Shown piece after piece: positions 12,801 to 24,800 of a stretch of 64,000 bases of DNA. The DNA lies in contig NC_087259.1 in assembly GCF_037042905.1 (NCBI RefSeq), positions 30,814,001 to 30,878,000 on the forward strand. Direction: 5' to 3'. The translations under genes and the position numbers were made by a program. This stretch comes from Lytechinus pictus (lineage: Eukaryota). The notes below the pieces were generated by a model that was given only the letters and a program-made list of their open reading frames with translations, made no database searches and was not told the DNA's origin. The stretch's first letter is position 1; each line of letters starts with the position of its first letter.

Positions 12801-15800
12801 TAATTCTGCAAGAATAAATTACTAAGAGATTATGGATAAAGGGTGCATTAGACTAGTTTCATCTAAGCAAATCAACTTCATCATTTAGAGACAAGCTGCT
12901 AACGAGATGCTAACATTGAGAGGAAGCAGGGGGAACTGTGGGGGGGGGGGGGGTTGAACAGATGGAGGATGGGGGTCTACAAGTGGTGGAAGGAGTTTAC
13001 AGGTGGTGGAAGGGGTCTACAGGTGGTTGAAGGGTGGTTTCTCACTGCGGGGGAGGGGGTCTTGCTTGGTGGACACTAACATCAAGAGAACCTGTCGTTA
13101 TTATACCTTCACTAAAGATGGGTTGAGAATGTGATAATGAGGTGGGCAGTGTTAGGAAGAGAAGGATAGGGACATGGTTAGATAATCCAATGGAAGCTTC
13201 AGTGCACGGTGTGTGACGATGGGAGAAAGGAAATACATGTTAGAACACCATCTAATAAACAGTGATTCTATCAAATCATTCATTCTACTCTAAACTAAAA
13301 TGAGATATACTGACAATGTATCCTTTATCTATAACCTTATATTTCATTGTGTGAAATAGAACTAATTTACAATAGCCAAACAAATTTCCAAGACCCAGAT
13401 TCAACTTAAATATAACCATATTTCAAAACTTGGAGAATACTTCTACATAAACCTATCTCCCTCAGTCTTCTACCAGACACATAGGTTCACTCACCAAGTC
13501 ATTTTAAACACATGTTTTAAGAAACCAATATTTCATAGTTTATAATAACTTATATATTTTATGTGTAATGGAATAATCATCATAGCAGTGGTGTATTGAG
13601 AAAGTTTTCAGATTATATAACACAAACCAATATCATATTCACTTCCACACATTTCCCCAAACAGTGTAGCAAATTTTCAACAAGAGTGAGACAAAACACC
13701 CCACAGAAATAATCCCACTCAACATAAAAACCTATCACCCCAAAACACTCCATCTTAAGAAAAAGATAAGCAAAAACAAATAACAGTTAGGCAACAGAAG
13801 CAGTAGCCGTTTCCATTGAAATCAAGTCAGTGCTAAAACAAAAATATTTCATTCCAACTGAAATTCAATAAAAGCAAATTGAAACAGTGTAAGAGAAAGG
13901 AGAGATGATGGAATGATAGTTGAAAAATAAAGGTAGAAGAAATAGGAGGAAACAATGATAATATTCATCAAGAAAAGTCATGAAAAAATGAGAATGATAA
14001 TCTTCAAGAATAAGACCCTGAAAAATATGATAAATTAAATTCAATTATATTTGTAAAAAATAATGCCAATACTTTATCAATTGCATGAATACAAAGTAAA
14101 AGTAACAATTGCAACGATACTTTGTTATTAACTTATTTGGTGATGTTTGAAGCAAATTGCAAAGAAAAATATGTTCTTGAAGGCATGAACAAAGAAGTGA
14201 ATTGCAGTATTAAAATAAATATCTTTAAAATAATACTAAAAATATGAATTGAGTAGAAATAGCAACAGATGAGTGATTTTGCTTTTACTCAGAGACAACA
14301 GGAGAAAAATATTCACAATGTATAGCAAAAGTTGATAAAACTTGTCCCTTTCTTTAATAGATGATAAAAGCATTCATAATAACGAGGCAATATAATATTC
14401 TCATTTTGAATACCTAATTTTGATATACTTGCATTCCAAAATGCAATTAAATACAAGGATAAAAAAGAGAATAAGTGATGAAATGATATGAGGTGAAGTG
14501 AGATGAGGGCAGGCCAGTGATTGAGAGAAAAGCGACGTTGATGACGACGACGGCGCATACATACCGACACTAGGGATAGGAGGCTATTATAGGTTGACCA
14601 TTAGCTATTAATTAAAGGGAAAAGAAAAAAGGGGAGCAAGTGGTAGTATGAGGGTTGGTGGAACACAGCGCTGTACAAATATTGCGAGTGATTGGTTGAC
14701 AGGGAAAGGGGGGAGGGGTGATGGATGAAAGTTCACCTTGAAAATTTATGTATTCCCTGTGTTCTTAGTAAGGGTATATATTATTTATGCCATCGTAATG
14801 TTCAGGAATAGATGGTGAAAATGGCAAAAAAAAACCAGGGGTACAATTATTAATTCTAACACACTCTGAAGCTTGAAAGAAAATTATGAGATATCTAGTA
14901 ATCAAATAAGAATAAGCTTTAATAATAATAATAATAACGCAGTTCTTGTATAGCGCATATCACATTACGTCATAACGTCCCCATGCGCTTCCAAAGGACT
15001 TGGATATTATTACACCGGCTTTAGCCCCGCAGCCTTTTACAGCGCGGTGGCATTTCAAGGAATAAATTCCTGCCAGGTACCCATTCAACTCACCTGGGTT
15101 GAGTGCAGCACAATGTGGATGAATTTCTTGCTGAAGGAAATTACGCCATGGCTGGGATTCGAACCCACTACCCTCTGTTTCAAAGTCAGAAGACTAATCC
15201 ACAGGGCCACAACGCTCCACGCTTTCTTACCCTACCCTTTTAACTATTCAATAAATTGCAGACAATTAAACAAATAATGGTAATACTTGGAACAGCGTTT
15301 CCCTAAGTTTCTAGAAGGACCTATTTTAAGTTGACTTATTTCTTCGGTGCTATATGGGAATATATCTTTTAGTAAGAATTTTTAAAAAATGGTGAACGAT
15401 CTTGAAAAAAATAAAACACTGCTTTTCTATCTTGAAAATGAATGTGAAAATCTGGATAGATTTATAGTTTTGAAGGAACAAAGCGTACAAGGTATTCTTC
15501 CTGAATGTCCCTGCGCATCAGTTAAACTGCTTCCCTATGAATTAATAAAGCTTGTATTTCTATGCAAGCTATGGATACACGCAGGATGTATCCCAAATTA
15601 AGTGTAATATAACCTAAAGCTGTTACCTTTATATATCAATCTGCAAACAACCTGATACGTGTTAACTCCAATAACTATACTTTTCTTGCATATTTGGACT
15701 AAATGTGTCTATCATTGTTGATTGTTGAATTTCCTGAAAATTTACAACTTCTTTGTAATGATCTAGTTTATTAACAAAGCATTCTTTTACACCTCTGCTT

Positions 15801-18800
15801 CTCTCTCTCGAAAAAGGGTTGTTTTGCCAACATCACATAGTACATTTTTCAATTTAAAAAAAATCAAATATAGCTTCTAAAAGAGAATAATAAATTGGCA
15901 TAGGTCATAAAAATATGTCAAATTTCATTTGCTTTATGAACTTTATTATTTGATAGAGGTAAGAATATGGGGAAATTTGAAGAAATTAAAAGAATTATAC
16001 ATGACTGAACAACTGACATGTATGTTTCATGGAAAATGTGTGTATTTGTTGGTCATTACCAATGCTATAGAAATATTGCAAGAATTTGGCCCTCTTCTCC
16101 CTTACAAAAAGCCTTCATTGTCAATGCAGCAAAGGGTTTTTATCATTTATCTTTGTTATTATTTGAATAGGGATATACAATATAAATTATTATAATATGA
16201 ATAATACGCAACATTAAGAATTAAATATTATTAAAGATCAAGATTTATCAAAGTACTAAGCAGTTAGCCTCTCTTGAGTCTATCAAGATGTTAATGGGGG
16301 TTAAAGACATGTTTGGAGAATGAATGACCCTGGTTACTGGATTGGAGCACAAACGAGAATAAGACCACTGACTGAATTTCTTGAAAAAGGATCAGAAATT
16401 CACAAAGAGTAAACTTAGGTTCACACTAAACACGTACATGAACTACCCCTGTATTAAGGGTAAGGGGAAATCAATGTCATCTGCTAAAGCTTCTGGAAGG
16501 GGTCTAAATGACCTTTGACCTCATACCTGCTTATGACATCCCTGATCTGCTGGTCTTTCTCCTGCTGCTGTACTTGAAGCTCTGTCTCTGTAGCTTCAAC
16601 CTTTAACCTCATCTCTGTGAGGGCAGCCTCTGCCTTGATATCCTCTTCTTCCAGTTGTTTCTTGGTCTCAGCCAGCTGGGATGCCATCCGCTCCAGTTCT
16701 AGCTTCAGGCTAGAAATTTCATTGTCGTACTGAAGATGAAATTAAAAGAGTAATAAATGATACAAACATTAGGAGTGGATGGGTATAGTATCCATGATAG
16801 TGCCCCTTCCATTTTAATCAACATTATCATGCCTAACATATCACAATCACTATCACCACCACCACCGCAACCATCCCTGCCGCCAACACCACCACCATCA
16901 TTATCAGCATCATTATCACCATCATCATCATCCCCATAATCACCACCATCATGATAATCAATATAACTTTTATCATCATCATCATCATCATCATGTAAAA
17001 AACAAACCTAACTTTACCTGTTGTTTTTCCTCTGCAGTTGAGATGTCTCCATGAGATGGGGAGTCCTCACTGCGTCTGGTCCAGATTGGATCCTGGCTAA
17101 CGGATGCTCCTGAAGGCACAGGCTGTATCCGATGCTGGACTGATCCTACCCTGCTAGGCCTAGTCTGGAGCACTGTCGGCTCTGTAACAGGACAGAACTC
17201 CAGTGGGACGGGGCAAGTGAGTGCTTCATTAGTCAGTTTTTGTTTGGTTACTAACTGGGTGATAATATTCCTCCTTGTTGGAGGACTTTGCTGTTGGGCT
17301 AGTCCTGTGCTGTTATTAGCAGTCCGGTTGTGAGTCTGTTGGGGCATATCTAGTACTGGGAAAGCCCCTACTGTAACAGGAGTAATGGTTGCTTCCTTAG
17401 AGGGTATTTGCGATGGTGTTATGCGTATGTGTGCTGTATTATCTTGTCTAGGACGTGATACGGAGGGTAGCAAGACCTCAGAGAATGCTTTCTCTTGGTT
17501 CTGTACAACATGGTGTCTGACATTACTTGAAGGGAAAGTAGCATTATTGTAATCCTGAGATAGAGCAGTCTTAGGATTTGGCATAATTATAGAGAACTGT
17601 GGTAAATCGTGCTTCTTGCTGCTGCTCAATCGGAAAGTTGCCTCCGAACACTGCGTTGATTGATTATTGCTGTTTGGATCCAACAATACAGGAATCTCAT
17701 CCGTTGGTGTAATAAGATTTCTAAAGAAGTCTTTTCTGTGAGCATCATTTAATGCTTTCACAGCTTCAGTTGGTGACTGCGGCTGCGTACTGTCCATTTC
17801 AGTACAAATGCTACCAATAGGCAGAGTCATTTTTGTATGGATTGAGCTACTACTGCTATAGCTCTCGACTGGCAAGCGACTTTCTGTTGGCTTATAGATA
17901 TCCCCAACCATGTCTGCAGGTGGTCGGGATGATACATGTACTTTAGGGAGTGTGTGTGGTTCTATGTTTACATACGCTGGGTGCTTACTACGTGAAGTGT
18001 CTGCATGAAAACTCTTCCCCTTTGAGAACTCTGTGCGTCTAAAACGGGGTGGGGAAGCACCACTGCTAGAAGAGCTGTGCGATACATCCCCATCCAAGTT
18101 GGACAAGTCTGAATCTGCTCCGTTGCTTGGTGTACTGTTGACAGAACTCATGCTGTCTGTCCCGGCATCTTTCTGCTTTAGCGCCCTCGATGACAACTGA
18201 AAGGCAGGGTTAGAAAACGACAATGGCAGCGTGCGAGGCTTCTGCCCATTGTCATCATTCTTTGGTTTGCTTGAGTCACTAGTACTGAGGGTCGTATCGA
18301 CATTGGTATTACTACATACTGTTTCTATACACACTGTATAGACATGGCTCTTTTCCTTTGTTTCTATTCGAGTCCTTTCCTCTTCAACAATCTGTAAAGG
18401 TTCCATCTGAGAGCCAATTAGTGTTTGATCTTCACCAATATCATAATCCTCTCTGTTCACTTCAATCTCTGACTGTCTCACCATCTTTGCATGTCTGCCA
18501 TTCTTTGCATTCATAGCTCTACTGTTCAGCTTAGAGATCGATGTTGTAGAGTCACTATCTTGCTGGATGAAGTCTACTAGGCTGTTAATGGTTGATGACT
18601 TTGTAATCGTCTTATCCATAGCAACCTCGTACGGAGGCAGCATCTCGACATCGCCTGCTGTCGATGGTTCAGCATCTTCAAAGATCTTACTAAGATTCTT
18701 CTTGGCCTGTGACGTCGCTGTCGATGATGTTGAAGATGATGTCGTGGTGGTGGTAGTGGTAACTGATGTCGCACTGCTTACCGTGTTGTCAATCTCCACA

Positions 18801-21800
18801 TGAGTTGACTGGTAGGGGATAAACTTATCAGGTTTGCTGACTTGATCAGAAATCTTGGTCAAGATGCCGGGTAAAGGACTAACCTTTTCCTTGCTTGGCT
18901 GCATAAGAGAACACAAAATACAATTAATTTTTTCGTTTTTTTTTAAATACTATCAGAGGGTTTTTCAACAAATATTTAAGACCAACTTGCAGTCGCTCTT
19001 AAACTCCAGTTGTGTGCTGCATAATACATCATCACCACATTGGTTAAATCATGCTCAGAGAATGTGTTCTATTGCAAATCAATCAATTAGATTGCTTGTT
19101 AAATAACATGTATGTGTTGGAATACAGGCATGCCTGTGATTCATGTTGAACTCTTTGTAAAACATCCCAAAGGAAATTAAAAATGTTAAGTGACAAATAC
19201 AGATATGTTAATATTAAATCGATGAAGCTAATTTTCTTGAAGATTTCAACTACCTATGACTCCTATATGCATTCTTGTAAATGAATACTATATGCAATTA
19301 CCTGCCTACAAGCTATAAATTTTTGTCATATAAAACATACAAATTACATTTCTCTCTTAATCTGGAGTAAGTCCTGGCTTCACTTAACTTGTGAGAATGA
19401 TACGCTGTCTTCAGACTAAGGCAAATGTCACAGGAGCAAACATTTGTATAACAAACTTAAGCAACTGATCATAGAGGCAGAGCTGCCAAGTTGTATTTTG
19501 CATTTTCAGTATTCTTATCCCCCAAAATCAGTATTTTGACCCCAAAAAATCAGTATTTTTACCGTGTGAGATAAATATGCAGACCTGCCAACCTCTGGGA
19601 ATGAAAAACTGTATTCTGTGATTAAAAAAATGTATTTTTCCCCAAAAAAGTGTATTTCATAATAAAATGCTTGGTGCACTCGCTCATCGCGGCGCTCAAG
19701 CTGCATGCAAGCTAAAATGCGCACTGCTCTTGCAGATGAAAAAAAACAAAACATTAAAACATGTGTATATATCTTCACCCTGGTTTTAACAAAATGATTG
19801 AAAAAAAAAAACAAGTTACCTGAAATTACATTGATCTAATAACCAAATTTGTGTATGTTTTATGAAATGGAGACATATAGAGATTATTTTTCTCAATAAA
19901 TTACGATTTAGTAAAAAAAAACAACAACATATTTTTCAAAGAAAAAACGTACTGCCTTATTTTGGTTGCAAAAACGTACTAAATACGGCTAAAACATACT
20001 GGTTGGCAGGTCTGTAGAGGTGATATGATTAATAGTATTGATCAATAATTGCAATTAATTGTACAGTATAAGCCCAAGTCACAAACCTTATCAAACTTGT
20101 CTACTGCTTCACTCAGTAATGAATGTGTTAGAGCAAGCTCTCTTCCTAGGTCAATGTAACCGCTGAACTTCACTGCATGGCTCTTATCAGTGGCACTCTG
20201 TAGAAAAAAAAACAATGAAAAATTCATATTTCACAAATCATAACAAAGAATTAGCATCACTTGTTCCATATATGAGGAATAATTACAAAGTTTTTTTTTA
20301 CACCAATGCAGTTTTCAGCAAAGATGAAAATATTGATCAGTAAAATCCTTCTGCAGAGTTAACTCAAGAAATTTGAAAAGGTAACCAGGGGAGCATTTCA
20401 TGAAAGGATTTTATCCGACAAGTCCTGTTTTATCCGACAATTACCATAGCAACAGTACCTCTCAGCCAATCAGAATCGGGGAAAGTTGTCAGATCTGACA
20501 ACTTGTCGGACATAAATGTTGATGAAATGCTCCCCTGTTGTTTAACTTGAGCCCTACTGAGGGCTTAATCACGTATGAGGACTTGACAAGTGCTCAGCAT
20601 TGTAGAAATTGAAACCAGCATTGTAACATATCAATTGAGTCCATTTCTTATTAGTCTAAAAGCAAGTGGTCTGCATCTTTACTTAATATCACATGTCATG
20701 TAAATCTCTTCTTTCTCTACGTAAACATTGCTATTAAATCTAGTCCCTTATTACACTCCTCACGGAGTGATAGTAGGGACCAATCCCTTTGGAGTGAACT
20801 GTAAGTCCATATAGAGCGCTTAATAGCTCCTTCTGGAGTGAACTGTGTACCTTTTTAGACACTTAGACTCTAAAAGAGATAAAATCCCCTCTCAAAAGCC
20901 ACGAATCTCACTCCAAAGTGATTGACATTGTCTCACTCCCAGAGGAGTGTGCTTACGGACCAAATTAGTTCTCATGCATTAAGAGCGGTGAACACTATTC
21001 CCTGGATCCTTTGACTTGACTCATGCAATGTTTACAAATGTCAAATGAAATATGAAAATGACCATATTAATCATAAATGGACTAGCGACCTTCTGGCTCA
21101 CACTTGATAAGCTGAGATACATTGGGTTCCAGAAGGATATTGACATGATGAAAGTGTTCGTCAAGAGAGGAAACTCAGATAAAAGAACATCAAAGTTTCA
21201 CCAGATGTGAGGTTAACAAAATTGGAAGAAGTGTTCCCAAAGGATCGGAGTGGATAGAACAAAATATGGTGTCTCACTTCCAGTTTAGACCAAATTTAGA
21301 AGATGAATTTTAAAATGGCTGTCAGAAGCTCTTATAATGTTCTATTCAACATGAATCACATGAGAGTTCTTCTGGCAGTGATGTACAGGTTACTAATAGG
21401 AAAGAGAGAGAAGCACAGTGCGTTGACAGTTTCTGAATGTTTCAGCATCAGAAAAGGACTATGGCCAACACTTGATAAAATATCCTTGATCAGTCATTGT
21501 TGAAATAACATTCAGTGATGAAAAGGAAGAGAATACTCAACTGTTAATATTCGAAATTCCCAACTAGTGAGAACAAAATTCCAAATTGATTTGGATGAAA
21601 TGAAAATACAGTACACCTTTGTAAACTCAGTAACTGTTCACTGATGCAATAAAATACTGCTTATTCTCAATAGTTCTGACTAAATAAAACAATATGAATA
21701 TTCTTTGTCTCGTTGCAGATAAAAACATTTATTGCAAGTTGACTCCAATCAAGACCACTTGTTCAGTCAATGCCTAAGAAAAGCTATGATAACTGCAATT

Positions 21801-24800
21801 ATTAGATGACTTGCTGAATTCCCATTAAAGAGTTATCATTCCACAGCTAATTTCTCTTTCTAAAAAAGTGCTGAAATCCAGAAGCAAACACTGAAATCCT
21901 TTCATCCATACTGCAAGCAGTACTGCTGCTCGTATAAGCTCAGACAAGCCGAGGACTGATCCTGATGAATGGCAAAGCTACAGCATGGATTGAACTTTCT
22001 CTTCCTCTTCTCTCAATCGCAGATCAAGCTTTTCCCTCACTAGGATGAGCCTAAAGAAATTGTCAAACTGGCAACTTAGTTGCCAAGTTGAATCCCATAA
22101 AATCCCCAGAGATACAAGAGATTACACTATGATGCCATGAGATAAATTCAATATTCAACTCTAAATGGTACTGCTGAATTCTGAGCCAAGTTTGATGATA
22201 CATGCCTGATATTCAGATAAAGTTCCAAATTAATATTTTCCCTCTCTATTTGAAGAAAAGGTTCTATGATCCAAACTGAGATTTCCACCATTTGCCTTTC
22301 ATTTATATTTCATTCTTTAAAATTCTTTTGTTGAAATACTCTGAACTCTTATAAATCAGATCTGATCAACATGAATGTCACAGTGAGAAATCCCACAGTT
22401 CAGGACTAACCCAGATAAAACCCGAATCACTCCCAATTTTCATGCTACTCTGTGAAAAAAGTGAGAAAAATACAAGTTCAGAGACACCCAAGAGATATCT
22501 ACATGTAAATGCCTGAATTACTCTGCTACTTGATGAAAATACCTTCAAGTCAGGCAAAGCTTTGACTGTTCTTCCTGATAAAACCATAGACTCTCTGAAA
22601 TAAAAGCTCTTTGAATGCCCCCCATCTTTTATCAGCTTCAGGCTGAATGTTTCTCCAGTGGTATAACATTGGATTAGCTACTTGTTGACAGGCAAGACAG
22701 ATCTTCAATTAAAAACCTGACTGAAGATTAAGACCATGACTAAAAAGAGAGGTCATATTAGTTGATTTTCTCATTTCAGGATTTTTCAGCTGGATTTAAA
22801 TATAAATGAGAAAAGTGATTTAGTGATCTACAGCTTGGGGACATTCTAGGGGGACCCTCGGACATGCCTCAAATGATATGTGAGTCACACTAAGCATTGC
22901 AATGCTTATCAGTGTGGGTATCTAAACCAATAAGAAAATTGAATAAAATCATTTAAGAGTGAGAAAGCACAGTAAAAAAAATCAGATTAGTTAAATCAAT
23001 ATGGTCTCTTTTTACTTGAGGTTGTAAACCGGTTCTTTTTATAAATGTAATACAAAATCAATTTCTTTACAACATTTCAGAAAGGATCCAAGGATATTGT
23101 GAACATCACGAACATTTTTGTTGTTCCAGCGTGAGAGCAAAAATGATTTAAATATATTAAACATTATTCATATTCACTTTCTCCTTCTTTCTTATTCCTA
23201 CTCAAAAAAAAAAATATCATGAGATCAACATTTTTGCAAGAGTGTTGATGCATATCAAAGTTTAAAAAAGCATTCTTTCCTTCTTTTGTAAGTTACAGTA
23301 CATTATGAATGTTCCTTTAAAATGAAAGCAACATGTTTAGAAAGACATCATGGCTGCTTGCCATACGACTGTCTAAACATAATGATTTGATCATTGCCTA
23401 GTTCTCCTACAGTTTGGGGTACTTTTTAGCTCTATACTTTTCTCACAAATTCATTGTCTTAAAACAAAAGAGAAAATTTGCCACTTTAAAGTCTAAATTA
23501 GACTAGACATAAGGTCCCAATTGAATATCTATTTTTTAAACATATATTTAATTATTTATTATTATTACTTATTTATTTATTTTTCTTGGGGGGGGGGGTA
23601 GTGGGTAATATAGGTGAATAGATTTTATTCTCACTACCTAAAGTGGTTTGATTTCATTATTGCTCCCCTAAAAACTAAATAAATCTAATAATTCTCCATG
23701 GTGGCTGTCTGCCATTCCGGAGGATGACATTAGGATTATGACAGGAAGCTAGGTGAGTCATACCTCTCACAAGGTTTCTATCCAGTGAGAGGCTTCCCCC
23801 TTAACATCAGCAGAACATATTCCACAGCCTTGAGAAAAGCACACTTAAACAAATATAATTTGAGGATTCTTAACTCTTGGTTATTGTAACCCGTTGACAA
23901 GACATTGCCCAAGAGATTCCAATACATGATTCTGATTCTAATGAAGTGATATTTGATTACTTGATGACAAGGGGATTCAAGATAAGATGTCTTTTACAGT
24001 CTCGCTTAAAACTTATCCATAACTATACCAAAATGTTCAGATTCAGATTTTTTGTTAAATAATTCTAATCAAATTAAATTTGGGCAACAAATGTACATCT
24101 TCAAGAGCATTAAGACATGGTTTAATCTAAAAAGGAAACACAAATCTTGGATATATTTGCTTTGTTGGATCAGGAGCCAGTTATAGAGTGAGTACTAGCA
24201 ATCAATTACAACAAATGATCGTCAACCAACCCAAAGCATCATTCCAAACTTGCATTTTTTTTTTGTTGGATTTAAAAGTAAAATTCTTTTTACATTCAGT
24301 CCATGGCCACAAAGAGATGGGACTATTAACTTCACAAAGCATCAAACCAGAAATGACAATACAATGGTGAAGATAGTTCAGTGATCATAATCATGATCTC
24401 TTAAGAAGTAAAAAAATCTAATGATGTCTTTTTAAAGCCCACCCACGAACTTTTAACACATCCATTTCCAAATTGAATCAACATCCTAGATTTTAAATAT
24501 AAATCTTGGAGCATGAACAAACTCAAATCCAAATAGGTAACAACTGTTGACATTCTTTGGCAAAACAATCACATTTTTGGAGGACATTTTTAAAGTTACT
24601 GATTTCAATGCCAAAGTGAATCAAACTGTCTTAAGTTATTTTTTCCAGCAAACTTCTATGTATCTCTGCAATTAAAATCATAAGCATGTTATCTTTGATC
24701 TTATGCTCCTGTTATTCAGGATCGTTTCAATAAAAAAATGGCTCAAATCAACTAAACGACAATCAAATGCAATAAACACTTTTCTGTGTCATCTGAAACT

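Noticed and set aside
15145-15220. tRNA-like A/B boxes
   Set aside because: Head of a SINE with core, tail and other copies; not a standalone tRNA gene.
18567-19106. Overlapping and antisense ORFs around exon N
   Set aside because: Shadow frames of the real exon.
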